This document shows positions 51,701 to 64,000 of a stretch of 64,000 nucleotides of DNA, in pieces. Positions within the stretch are counted from its first letter, which is position 1. Every line of letters starts with the position of its first letter. The stretch comes from Lytechinus pictus (Eukaryota), in the NCBI RefSeq assembly GCF_037042905.1, contig NC_087252.1:10728001-10792000 (forward strand). Reading direction: 5' to 3'. The position numbers and the translations under genes are program-made. The notes below the pieces were generated by a model, which searched no databases, had not been told where the DNA came from, and saw only the letters and a program-made list of their open reading frames with translations.

Positions 51701-54700
51701 CACCATACCATTCGTCTGTGTTGCTTCGAGTCTTCATGACAAATAACCTTCAGGTGTTTTGTTGTTAACCCTATAGAGAATTTGAATCCCTCCTCGACTT
51801 GACAGTAAGGTACAGACGAATCCAGTTCCGTCTTGATTATATCCTGGAACATGTAAAAGATTGAAAGTTGATTCACAATAATTTCTTGATAATTTATGAC
51901 AGAGAATTAAAGTGTTAAAATGGTTAGTAAAAATCGCCTTTATCGCAGGGTGCTTCAATAAGATGCGCCACTATTTCCATCAGATAAAATCCGCTAGTAT
52001 TTTACAAATTCAAAATTGATTCAGAGTTTATAGTTAATGGCAAGTGTAAGCAATGACGAGTTAAAGGCTATAATTACTTGTCCATATTTGGCTCTTAATT
52101 GACTTTAATGTTTAAAATATTTTGAAATATAATTTTACAATATCATAACTGCACTTGTTAACTTTATGGAAATATCTCTCATAACAAGATTCTATGAATA
52201 TGAATAATTGTAAACTACGTTACAAACACTCTTTTTGTTGTGGCGACGCTTACATGCCTTGTATTATGAATGTATATATATCTCCATTACAAAAGTGATG
52301 GTTTCCCTTTTGTACTTCCTACTATCTGACCCCTCTCTCCATCTCTCTTTCATTTACACAGTTACCTTTCTTTTTCATTTAACATGCTTGTCCCTTCCCG
52401 CATACTGTACTTCATTCCATTTAGGCAAGTATTATCTTAATATTCTGCTTTCTTATGTAATGCATAAAATTTTATGTGATAAGTCTTATGCATTTTAACG
52501 TATGAATTGTACCTATTCAATCAAAATTGTATATACATGTATTATCCCCCCCCCCCCGCCTATTGCCAGTGAATGGTAGTTTGTCCCATCATCACTGGTA
52601 AAGGACCTGGGTTTATTTTACCTTCTCTATTTGATTATGAAATAAAGATGATTTATAAAATTTAATCAGAATACTGTTTCGTTCTCTTTATAACTTTCCT
52701 GAGTTACGGTGTACCATCGTATTTTATCGCTGCAGCATAAATGATATCAATAATTACGAATAATGACTAATTCAATGTTGCATAAAAGTTCTTTTTTTTT
52801 CATGAACAAATGTTAAGATTTTGAATATATATTGAAATAAATTTGTACGCCGGTAATATTTTGAAAATCCTGAAAAGACGCGTACGTCAAGATGTTAAAA
52901 ATGGTGAAAACTTAATAAAAATACCTGATCATATGTGTTATATGGATAGGTTATGTACACGTGTAGAGATGGTTGCTCTGCTGGTGTCTTCATAGTGGGT
53001 TGGAAGACTAAGCATGTTAGTTGAATTTCTCGAAGATTCTTTGAAGACACAGCCAAAACTTCAATATGACGCGTACAAAACTCAATCGTAGATTTTGAGA
53101 TTGTTGAATCGTCAGCAGTCAGCATTCTGCGACCGAATTTTCCTGAAGTTTGGAAATGGACGTGGAGTTGTGAATTTTGGATCTTCATTAAAATTTGGTG
53201 TATCGCGCTAAAGTGCCGGGAAGACGAATATATTTCAAAATCAGACATTTCTCTTTTACAGTAATTGAGTTTTTTCTACTTAACTATGCATACATTAGTT
53301 CTGTGGAAGTGAGTTCGAAATGATGCGGATTCGGTGCAGATATTATCCAAAAAGTTCTTATCCTTATGAGGTAATTGTTCACCTGATGAGATTGTGGCCG
53401 TCAACGGAATAACTTTGGGTCAAACTTGACCTGGTGTGTGTTTCATAATGATATTTGTAAAATTACGCACAACTTTACGCACGACTGGAACATGTCTTTT
53501 AAGGTCATGAATCAAATATACAGGGATATCATTTAGCACAAGAAAGGATCACCAGTCGTGTGTAAAATCGTTCGTATCTTACGAACAGCCTTATGAAACA
53601 CCCAGCTGAACTTCTAAGAGTGGATACATTCTGATTTCAAACTACAACCAAGGTGAATTGGACGATTTTCATGACTAAATTCATACCTGACTCGGTCTTG
53701 GTGTACAATACAACAGAAGAATCGTCGTTTTGTTCCCGGAACTTTACACAGTGTGGCAGTACTATCGATGCCGGCTTGAGAAGTTCTTGATGGACAGAAG
53801 TCTCTAAAACTGGAGTAATAAGAACTTCATCGTCGTGTATGGGAAGTCTGAGAGTATTGTGGATTGATACGCGAAGGGTGACGGTTGATCTCGTTCCTTT
53901 CGGAATAGCCCCTTCAGGAATAGATACAGTAATTCCAAGTTCATCGAGGGTCACCCTTTGTCCCTTATGATCAATGATGCCGTACGAGATGAAAAATGGA
54001 TAGGTTGAGTGACATGCCAGGCCTGAGGGGGTCGATAAAAAAAAAAAAACGTTATTCAAAAAAATTCACAATATGAATTAATTGAAAAGCGTCAGAGGCG
54101 ATGTACGAATGACGTGTTACCTTTTGCTATGCGGTCCGCACAACTGAGGTGAAAAGCCTGAGCTATTGCAAGAAGCCTCTCCCGAGTTCCACCTTTGCTG
54201 GACCATTCTATCAGCATTTGTAGGGCAGCAGAAACAACCATGTGTGGTGCAAAGTCTACAGATGTGTTAATGATCTCCATGACACTGGTAGGCTGTACAC
54301 CCAAATGACGAATTAAACCGAGGAGGTCTACCTCAGACCGAATGAGTTTTGCTATTTCGTCGTAGCCTCCTGACAAGTAAGCACACAAATTTGAAACAAT
54401 TATGACCCTAATATTCATATGAATGCAATTACAAGTGGATAAAAATACTCTTGACAGAGGCCTTGATAAAAGTAATTTACAGGAACCAGGTAAAAATGCC
54501 GTTCGGGTAAACGGATAAAGATATTTAACCCATGGTTATGCATTCCAGCTGCAACCAAGACGTATGTTCTTTATTAATCACCAATTGGCTTTAGAATTAA
54601 AATTTACAAAAATTTCTTTAAACTCACAGGTAGGTAGCTAGTTAAGAGATTTCAAATAACCTGTTTTGTCACCGGAGATGTACTTCATCAACAACTCGTG

Positions 54701-57700
54701 GAGTTCAACCTCTTTTACTCCTTCTTCTAGGCCATCATGCCACATAAGTAGGATTTGCATTGCTGTTGCATCCAGTGATGAAGGATTCTGCTGAGTGACG
54801 TAACCGACTATGCTGATGTCATCAATACGAAGGGCTTTACCAAGTGAACATGCTATTTGGAAGGTTTTGACTTGATGAGCCACACTAGAAAGTTCTTCTG
54901 TGTTTGGTATTCCACCGTGTTGATCGAGATCCTCATGCGTTACCACTTGCTCACAAGAAGGCCCAAGTGGATCATCATCTTAAAAATATACAGTGCGTCC
55001 CAGAAAAAACGAAACCGAGATTTAGCGATGATTTATCATAACTTAATCACAAAAACAATAGACAAATGACCTACCAATGTAAAGCTATTAGAATCTCCTC
55101 TTTCATCTGAAATTACTTAGAATATTCCTCATTCACGCATGAGTGAGCAAAAACAATTTGAAGAAAGGATACCAAAAACTCATTTGGCGGGCGGTATCTG
55201 AATTTTAAAAAGAAAACCACATGTCTTAAAAGTTCAATATCTGCTCTTTAATAGATACCTCAATCACAGAAAATGGTCAAGAAATAACAAAGTTCTGGTT
55301 ATTTGAAATAAGGCTTGAATTTCCATAATTTCATTAAATAAACCGGTTTCCCACCGAAGCTATCGCACGCTAACAAAAGACTTAATGCATGGCTGATCGT
55401 AAACAAAACGGAGTGTCGAGTGAGTTTGAACGCTAGCCTGTAACCTCTTCATTTTATGAAATTATTGAAATTCAAGCCTTATTTCAAATAACCAGAACTT
55501 TGTTATTTTTTGACCATTTTCTGCAATTGAGGTATCAAATTAAAGAGCAGATATTGAACTTTTAAAAAATGTGGTTTTCTTTTTGAAAGCCAGATACAAC
55601 CCGCCAAATGACTTTTTGGTATCCCCTCTTCAAATTGTTTTTGCTCAATGAAGCCTGAAGAAGAAATAACCTAAGTAATATCAGATGAAAGAGGAGATTC
55701 TAAGCTTTACATTGGTAGGTCATTTGTCTATTTTATTTGTGATTAACTTATGATAAATCATCGCTAAATCTCGGTTTCGTTTTTTCTGGGACGCACTGTA
55801 TATTAGCAACAAATAATCATGTGTTGATTTGAAAATAGAATTCCGAACCTTATTTCGAAAATAGAATTCCGAATACTTATTTTACAACTGTTTTTACTAC
55901 ATGCTCCTTATTCAATAAAAATAATAAATATTGTATCGGTCATACTGATATCTAAAAAAGTATATATTGGGTTTATTTTCAAATGTGCAAACGCAGTTAA
56001 GGCCTTTTCTTTCTAAAATACTATCCCATTAAGCAACGATTGATACATCGTTTTCAACAAACGGAGGTGTCCCCAGGGGAACAAACTAGGCCCGTTTTCC
56101 CAGTCACGGCATGTGACCATTTTCATGTGTTAAACCTTTGGATTTTCATAGGGCTGGCGTTTATTTAGTACCAGTAAAGAGTGGGTCACCGGTCCTTAGT
56201 TGGGCCATCCGTGACTCTTTGGAGAATCCCAGAGCTCCTTAGTATATTACATTATCGATGTTTATTATTGTTAAACAGTTCATTTTCTGTGTATTTCGGA
56301 AATAAACCATTTAATAGTAATAATTCATTGCGAATTCATTTTGTCACGTATATCGTGCCCTTTTCGCATTTTTTCTAACGCAGGTCCCCAAAGTTTAATG
56401 ACACTCTCATTACTCTTCTATACTCTTTACACACTATTTTCCTCTTCTACCCTGTCGAATTATAAAGCCAAAACTTCACATTATTAAATGAATATTGAAA
56501 GCATCCAGCACTCACAGCAGTATTGAAATGTGCCTCCAATATCTCGAGCATAGCATCCTCTATGCCAGTAATGTCTATTCACTGAAGACAGTTACGGAAA
56601 TTTATTTTAAAAATATTATATTTCTATCGCTATTACTATGCTTCCAAGGCATAGATGGCAGAATCAACTAAATAAATTGATACAGATTATAAAGTAACCT
56701 CTAGGAAACAAACTGATGGTATCTTTTATCTTTAACCTTTCTCACACAAATAATTATGTGACATAATTTACATATGATCGGGTTTAAAAGCTTAAAATAA
56801 TATGCACCTAATTATACTTTTCGAATGACCGTCAAATAAACATTACAAAATAGAAATTAAAAGAAAAGATGTAATCAATGAGCAGGTATTCATGAGGCGA
56901 AAAATTCATGAAAGAGCGTGAAATTTCGAGCGGTTTCGACGTGTCGATAAAAGCAACAGGGGATATTATGCCCGCCTTGCTTAGATATCAGAAATGTATT
57001 GTATCACCTCGACAAACGTTTCCCGAAACATCTTTATTCGTTTCTGCTTACCCGTTTCTGAAAAGTCAATGATCTCCATCTTTTCAAGATCGCTTTCCAG
57101 TTCATTTGGCTTGGTCATTTCTACAACGGTCTGTTTGAGAACTGTAGTAGTATCTTCTTCTGAAAAATAGTGTTAAAGGCATCAATATTTTATTCAACTT
57201 GTAAAAGGGTACTATTGAAGGTAGTTTACATTCTTAGAATAAAAAATGGAAATGTCTTTTCTCGTATTCGTTTTTTTCATAGCGAGGATTACATATTAAC
57301 ATTTGGCCAGGAATGGGCAAATTGCACAGCATTCCTATTTGATTTAACAGTTATATCGCTATGCAGTAACTGATATACTCTGCAAAGTCTTCTTTCTTTT
57401 TAATGTGGAGAAACTTAAATCTCTCCGATACTAGTATATTCCACGTATTAGTCAATTGAATACAAAGGCTATTTTTATACAAGTCTTCAGTTTCCTCGTT
57501 ATTACTCTGTTATCGGTTACCTAAATTCCAACCCAAGCGAACCCCATTAAACAATAAAATTTGCCGTCTTCCATTTTTTTTTGTTTCCCCATACCTTCTA
57601 AATGTTCAGCCTTATGCACTGATTGTACAGATTCCCAAACACATTTCAAGGTTTCAATCGCCTTTTCTCCGGGAGGCTGAGATGATTTCCATTTAGAAAG

Positions 57701-58374
57701 CATCAGGATGTTGGTGTCTCTCCTGTTAGGAAATGTCCGGTGTTTGATGTGTTCAAGCTCTGTCGAAGAAAAACCAAGTTTCCTTCCAGTCTCGAAGTAC
57801 TTATCTGGTTTTATCTTTCTGGATAAATGGAGTAGCGTCTTGTCTGGGATTTCCCTGTATAATTGTAAGGAAACAACAAGAAAATTACATCATTTGAATC
57901 CGAATCTTCATTTAATGATTTTGTTGTTCATAATGAAAAATGTCTCCAATTATCAAATCTCAATATGTTAGTTGACTTTCCTCAAACTTTGCAAGAAATG
58001 TAAGAGAGAATTTTAACCTTTTTTTAATCCACTGGAATCGTACAATCTTAGCAGAATATTATTAAGGATGATGCCAATTATTACCAACAAATTAGAAATG
58101 GTAATACCTCGGTCACATTTGCTCTACGGCGGCCGTACTGTTAGTCAAAAACAGGCGTTTCAACATTTATTGTACTATTTAGATATAGGTAGTTCGAATA
58201 AAAATGAATAAAACGGCTGTTTTTGACTCGCCGTGCGGCCGCTGTATAGCAAATGTGGTCATGTATAAATAAAAAACTAATTGGATAAGTTTAGATATAG
58301 AAACAGTATAACATATTTAAAAACTGTGAATTAAAGTGCTTACCCCGATGAACCTGTTTGTAATGCACACCGAT
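48788..58374 (-). CDS. 3' portion (13 exons, ~755 aa) of a multi-death-domain ZU5/UPA protein (UNC5/PIDD/ankyrin-type ZU5-UPA-Death module preceded by three death-like domains); 5' end not seen
   Basis: GT-AG exons 58344-58374, 57595-57854, 57052-57159, 56516-56581, 54661-54978, 54121-54369, 53687-54022, 52925-53142, 51709-51843, 51096-51249, 50312-50345, 49515-49807, 48788-48855 (TAG). All phases match; total 2270 nt, no internal stops seen. Confidence 0.85.
49515..49807 (-). CDS. C-terminal death-domain exon
   Basis: LSNNLIETLADVI..AISLGRHLGYSHSTVKKY..FVDMLSDWRRR..QVEKLYQALKDAGL (LG.LG / ML..W / L..AL death-fold signature). Confidence 0.88.
53434..53605. mobile_element. Small intronic Harbinger-like MITE
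   Basis: CTG|GTGTGTGTTTCATAA ... TTATGAAACACCCAG|CTG; internal IR TTACGCACGACTGG / CCAGTCGTGTGTAA. Confidence 0.65.
53687..54022 (-). CDS. ZU5-domain exon
   Basis: GIIDHKGQRVTLDELGITVSIPEGAIPKG...LITPVLE...LLKPASIVLPHC, the canonical ZU5 motif series. Confidence 0.93.
54121..54369 (-). CDS. Death-like domain exon
   Basis: EIAKLI..LLGLIRHLGV..AALQMLIEWSSKGGTRERLLAIAQA; phase 1-1 exon. Confidence 0.8.
54661..54978 (-). CDS. Death-like domain exon
   Basis: ELSSVAHQV..CSLGKALRI..AMQILLMWH..LHELL; phase 1-1 exon. Confidence 0.8.
54991..55798. mobile_element. Tc1/mariner-type MITE (same family as 47596-48413), TA TSD intact
   Basis: TA|CAGTGCGTCCCAGAAAAAACGAAACCGAG ... CTCGGTTTCGTTTTTTCTGGGACGCACTG|TA. 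Confidence 0.95.
57595..57854 (-). CDS. Death-like domain exon
   Basis: EIPDKTLLHLSRKI..YFETGRKLGFSSTELEHIK..ILMLSKWK..AIETLKCVW. Confidence 0.85.
58108..58260. mobile_element. Small palindromic MITE remnant (intronic)
   Basis: CACATTTGCTCTACGGCGGCCG..GTCAAAAACAG versus CTGTTTTTGAC..CGGCCGCTGTATAGCAAATGTG. Confidence 0.7.
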
Positions 58375-58609
58375 CTATCAAAGAAAATGAGGAAAGAAAA
58401 TTCGACAAAAAGGGTTTCTCTTTTTATATCTGAATCCAATTCTTCTGTTTTATCTAGCCTCCAAACCGTTTTCAAACTTTCCCACAATATACCATCGAGC
58501 TATTGTTTATTTTTTCACCAGTTGCCTTCATCCCCAAAGCGTTAACCTATCTCTACTCGCTTTGCTGTAATATCACCTTTTCTAATCTCTCTTTCCCTCT
58601 TGATATTTA

Positions 58610-59150
58610 AGCACACGCCTATAAACTCGATATCCATTCTCAGACACCAAACAATAATCCTAAAACACCATTCATATATCTCGCAAACAAAACATACATT
58701 CCATCAACGCATGCACATCCGTGCATCCATCCACACTCCCCACACCTTCATAACCTACCCACACAGGCAAACTCACTCCATCGCATTGCCCACACCCACA
58801 TTCTCGTACCCAGAACACACAGGGCAACACATCTTCTCACTTGCACTCGCCGCCCACCTCCGCGTGCACCACCAAAACACACACACTGCCCACATCCTGG
58901 TACCCATGCAGAAGACGCAGGCCAACACATGTACACACTCTGCCTAAAAATCCTTACACATTTCTTACACCCACATCGTCGTATGTGAACCACCCCGACA
59001 GAACACATATGCCAACAAATCTCCGCACATTGAACACACCCACATCCTCGCGCACCATCCCGAACACGCAGTCAAACACATATACGCACACTGCCACACC
59101 CACATTTTCATTATACACCACCGGAACACACCGGCCAACACGAACAGTGT
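58610..59150. repeat. CA-rich low-complexity/degenerate repeat (also 59820-59985)
   Basis: Recurrent CACACCCACAT / CAAACAC motifs; yields His/Thr- or Cys/Val-rich spurious ORFs. Confidence 0.7.
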
Positions 59151-59329
59151 TTCCGTGTTACGCTTGTTTAATTTATTTTCTTTCATTATATCAACCTTTT
59201 CTTTGGCTGGACTTGCCCTTAGATTTAAGGTCTTATTCCTTTTTTTCAGATACCTGGGACTGATCGTCTCCTCCGATCTGTTTTTTAACCCACTTTTACT
59301 TGGTTATATCACGCGCTAATCGTCTATTT

Positions 59330-59710
59330 TAGGATTCATACGACTGGTAGCACGCGGTACGTCTGCATCCTACATCCTCCGTCTTAGAGTATGGTTTGCC
59401 TGCCTTGCATGCATCCAACAACCTCAATACAGGTATACAAGCTTGAGCGTTTTCAGAGGACAGCCAAGAGACTTGCCCTAAAACAGCGTCGTGGTGATAT
59501 GCTCTATAGGCTCTAAACTATTCACTGGTCCTCGCTTCTCGACGAAATTGTCCCCTATATCCATTTTCATTTGAGTGTCTTCTTAGAATCAATCCCTGTC
59601 ATCTTAAAAAAGTTTATTATCTTCATCTGCCCTCCAGAACTCAGTCTATTTCCTTTTCACCCTCTAGACGCCTTCCAAGACTTTGGAACTCTTTCCATTT
59701 GAGTAATAGA
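59330..59710 (+). mobile_element. Highly decayed CR1/L2-type LINE 3' remnant
   Basis: Frame-broken LEYGLPA, KLERFQRTAKRLAL and PRLWNS motifs in the order expected for the ORF2 C-terminus. Confidence 0.55.
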
Positions 59711-59995
59711 TATGATGGTGTCTCAACTTCCTTGTTTTTGTTCTTCGTTGAAGAGATACCTTGAATTTCTTTACTTTCTTGTCATTTTATTTTACCTTAT
59801 TTTTCACCTCGTTCTCATTACACTCGTGCACCCTCAAACATACAGGCCAACACAAGCATGTGTATCCACGCACACACTTCCTACACCCACAAAAACATCC
59901 ACATCCTTGTGCAACATCCTAGGCATATATATACACAGCACAAACACGTGTATCGATCCTCACACATCCCTCACCCACGCACAGAGAAGACATTC

Positions 59996-62900
59996 TAGTC
60001 CGGGGGCTGGGAGAGTTTATTCAGCTTATCGGGTACAAAAGGTTTGATGGTTCCAAGATGTTGGCATGATATCAGTGGTCAAGAAAATGTGTTGCTGCCG
60101 GGTCAAATCCTGTACGGAAGGCACACAGGGCCCCATTTTTGTCGGCCATCTTGAATTTTTCATGAAAATCAATTATTTTCATATTTTTGCACAAACAATG
60201 GAAAAACATTAAATAAATACGCATTTCACATTGATTCAGACAGTAGAAATCGATTGCAAGTGTTTTTAGGACAGTCCGGTTAATATTTTTTGAAAAATAT
60301 AAGACGTTATGCCAAAATTTTCATGTTTTTAGGCAAAAATTTGCATGTGCATTGATATCTTTCTGTTTTCTCATTAATATCAGCAATCAATGCAAAATAT
60401 CAGCATTCAACACGAAAGAGAATATATTAACGAGGACATTGATATGCTTCATGACAGTATTAATGTCTTAACTTGCTTAGATTAGGGAAAATACCTCCAT
60501 ATGCATTCCCCGATATTGCAATAAAATGACACCAAAAAGCAACCTCCGTCACTAGTCACACTAGTAATACCGATTTCAATGCGCTCCCTAGCTTGCCTTT
60601 CAAAAGAGTACAATAGACTCAATCGGTCTTGCCTCGCCTTTGTTGGTGTGACTAGCACGCATTAGTGCATGTAAAGGGTGCCGCGATAGAAAAGTGTATA
60701 TTACATTATGGCTATGAGAGCAAAAGGCGTTTTCTTTTATACATTTAAGCAACTTTTATGTTAATGAAACCTCTTGGAAAAGTTAGAGGAGGGATTGCCC
60801 TGCATGTCGCAAGCAATTACATTCGGACACCTCAAAACATAGTCCCGCAAGAGCCTGTCGAAGGTACCACACCCTTATCCGAAGCTTGACTACTAAAATA
60901 TCTTGCCTTTTGGAGCCCTCAGTGTGGCAAAATGATGCTTCGGTTAGGTAAAAAACAACTTTTATTTTCTTGAAATCACTTGGAGACGAAAGAGTAGGCT
61001 TTTCTCTATCAGCTACATTTAAAGAAGTGAGAGCACAACAAAGCCTACCCTCTCAGGGGGCTGCCCCAGGTTACCCATCCCGTTTTTTCGTATTTTGCCC
61101 ATTTCTTGGAAAATTCGTCATTTTGGAGCCACATTGATGAGAAAAGTGTTTCTACTATGTAATGAAACCACTTTTATTGTTTAAACCACTTGAAAACGAA
61201 AGAATAGACTTTCTTCTATCTGTAACATATAAAGAATTACTGGAAAATGGAAGCCACCCCCGTTAGTGGGATGCCGAAAACACTATCCCCTTTTTTTCCG
61301 TATTTTGCAAATTTATGGAAAAATCTGCAAATTTGGAGCCCCCACTGAGGCTAAAGGGTGTTTCTGCTAAAAATCAATCCGTTTTCTTGTCTTAAAACCA
61401 CATGGAGACAAAAGAGATATAACGAAGTGCTGGCACATAGAAGCCTACCCCCTCAGGGGGCTCTTGAAGTCACCCGGCCCCTTCCCGTATTCTGCCAATT
61501 TATGGGAAAAATCTGCCAATATGGAGAAACTGAAGAGGGTAGGCGTCGATGTGCCAACATCTTTTTATATGAAGCTGATATTTCAAAAAAAAATCTTTTA
61601 ATTTCCAGGTGGTTTGAAAAAATAAAGTGACTTTACTATTGTATCAGAAACGCCCTTTGCCTCAATGGCGACTCAAAAATAACGAATTTTCTAATAATGA
61701 GACTAAATGGACAAACAGGATCGGGTGACTTAGTATTCGGCAGCCCCTGAAGAGGGTAGGCGTCGATGTGCCATGCAGCACTTCTTTATTTAAAAAGCCT
61801 ACTCTTTCATCCCCAAGCCCAGGGGAGTTGAAAAAAATAAAAATGGTTTTACTTGATAGCAGAAATACCTTGTTGCATTAATGGGGCTAAACACTGCGAA
61901 TTTTCCAATAAAGAGGGAAAATAGGCAAAAAGGTGGGGGTGACTTCAGCTGCCCTGGAATTGAGTAGCTTCGATGCGCCAGTACGTTTTTTGCATGTAGC
62001 TTTTTTGCAGGTAGAAGAAAGCCTATTCTTTCACCTTTAAGTTGCTTCAAAAAAATTATTTGGCTTCATTATATAGCAGGAATGCTAATTTATCTGAACA
62101 AGGGGTCAAAAATTGCGAATTATTCAATAAAGTGGGAAAATAGGCAAAAGGGGGGGATTTGGCAGCCTCTGTTGGGGGTGGGCATCTTTGTGCGAGCACG
62201 TCTTCAAATGAAGCTGATGGAGAGAATCCTACCAATAAAAGCTACTTTCTGCAAAGCGGAAACGCCGTTGGTCTCAATTGGGGTTCCAAAATCGTGAAAA
62301 TGGCGAATTTTCCTAGGAAAATACGAAATAGGGGTTTGGTGACTTCAGCTGCCCCCTGAGGTGGTAGGCTTCGATGTGGCAGCACTTCGTTGTAATGTAG
62401 CAGATAGAGAAAATACTACTTTTTTGCATCCAAGTGGTTTTAAGACAATGAAAGTATTTTGCTGTTTAGGAGAAACATCTTTGTGCCTCAATGTGGGCTC
62501 CAAATTCGCAGATTTTCTAATCAAAAGGTAAAATACGGAAAAGGGGTGGGTAATTTCGGGAGCCCCTGGCGGGGGTATGCTTCAGTGTGAGAGCGCGTCT
62601 TCAAATGAAGCGGATGGAGAAAATCATACCTTTTTGTCTCCCACGAGTTACAAAACAATATAAATGACTTTCTGCAAAGCGGAAACGCCGTTGGTCTCAA
62701 TTGGGGCTCCAAAATGGCGAATTTTCCTAGAAAAATGCGAAATAGGGGTTGGGTGATTTCAGCTGCCCCCTGAGGGGGTAGGCTCGATGTGGCGGTACTT
62801 CGTTATAATGTAGCAGATAGAAAAATACAATTTTTTTTGCATCCAAGTGGTTTTAAGACAAGGAAAGTGTTTTGCTATTTAGGAGAAACATCTTTTTGCC

Positions 62901-64000
62901 CCAATTTGGGCTCCAAATTCGCAGATTTTCTAATAAAAAATGTAAAATACAGAAAAGGGGTGAGTAATTTCAGGAGCCCCTGATGGGGGTAGGCTTTGCT
63001 GTACAAGCACCTCTTATTATGTAACTGATAGAAGAAAGGCAACTCTTTTGTCTCCATGTGGTTTTAAGAGAAGAAAATTGATTACTTTTTAGCAGCAACA
63101 CCCTTTAGCCTCAGTGGGGGCTCCAAAATTGCAGATTTTTCCATAAATTTGCAAAATACGGAAAAAAGGGGAGTGTTTTCGGCATCCCACTGACGGGGGT
63201 GGCTTCCATTTTCCAGTAATTCTTTATATGTAACATATAGAAGAAAGTCTACTCTTTTGTCTTCAAGTGGTTTAAACAATAAAAGTGGTTTCATTACATA
63301 GTAGAAACACTTTTCTCATCAATGTGGTTCCAAAATGACGAATTTTCCAAGAAATGGGCAAAATACGAAAAACGGGATGGGTGACCTGGGGCAGCCCCCT
63401 GAGAGGGTAGGCTGTGTAGTGCCCTCACTTCTTTAAATGTAGCCGATAGAGAAAAGCCTACTCTTTCGTCTCCAAGTGATTTCAAGAAAATAAAAGTTGT
63501 TTTTTTACCTAACCGAAGCATCATTTTTGCCACACTGAGGGCTCCAAAAGGCAAGATATTTTAGTAGTCAAGCTTCGGATAAGGGTGTGGTACCTTCGAC
63601 AGGCTCTTGCGGGACTATGTTTTGAGGTGTCCGAATGTAATTGCTTGCGACATGCAGGGCAATCCCTCCTCTAACTTTTCCAAGAGGGTTCATTAACATA
63701 AAAGTTGCTTAAATGTATAAAAGAAAACGCCTGTTGCCCTCATAGCCATAATGTAATAAACACTTTTCTATCGCGGCGCCCTTTACATGCACTAATGCGT
63801 GCTAGTCACACCAACAAAGGCGAGGCAAGACCGATTGAGTCTATTGTACTCTTTTGAAAGGCAAGCTATAGCGAGCGCATTGAAATCGGTATTACTAGTG
63901 TGACTAGTGACGGAGGTTGCTTTTTGGTGTCAATTTATTGCAATATCGGGGAATGCATATGGAGGTATTTTCCCTATATCTATAAGCAAGTTAAGACATT
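59996..64000. mobile_element. Large foldback DNA transposon, Academ-like, running off the window end
   Basis: Starts TAGTCCGGG like the 8798 element; 60462-61365 is the reverse complement of ~63098-64000 with few mismatches; ~200-bp subrepeats switch orientation at ~61527. Confidence 0.88.

Noticed and set aside
48788..58374. Assigning gene symbol UNC5 or PIDD1
   Set aside because: The extra death domains and missing 5' end do not support orthology

Overview
AT-rich, intron-containing animal genomic DNA; the repeat landscape and death-domain gene suggest a sea urchin or other echinoderm (inference only). The window is dominated by repeats. These include a (TAGA)n tract, a ~6.6-kb ~190-bp satellite with higher-order units and an internal inversion, and two TAGTCCGGG-ended foldback elements (Academ-like) built from the same ~200-bp inverted subrepeat. 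There is also a ~7.7-kb decayed ISL2EU (PIF/Harbinger-related) transposon with a THAP-HTH-DDE_Tnp_4 transposase converging on a spliced SAP-SWIM-YqaJ exonuclease gene. Other repeats are CR1/L2-type LINE remnants, a Helentron-type non-autonomous element and many MITEs with resolvable TIRs/TSDs. Two host genes lie on the minus strand. One is a frameshifted coiled-coil gene (~29-32 kb). The other is the 3' 13 exons (~755 aa, splice phases consistent) of a Death-Death-Death-ZU5-UPA-like-Death protein (48.8-58.4 kb). No rRNA, tRNA or CRISPR features were seen. All calls were made by eye, with no database searches.
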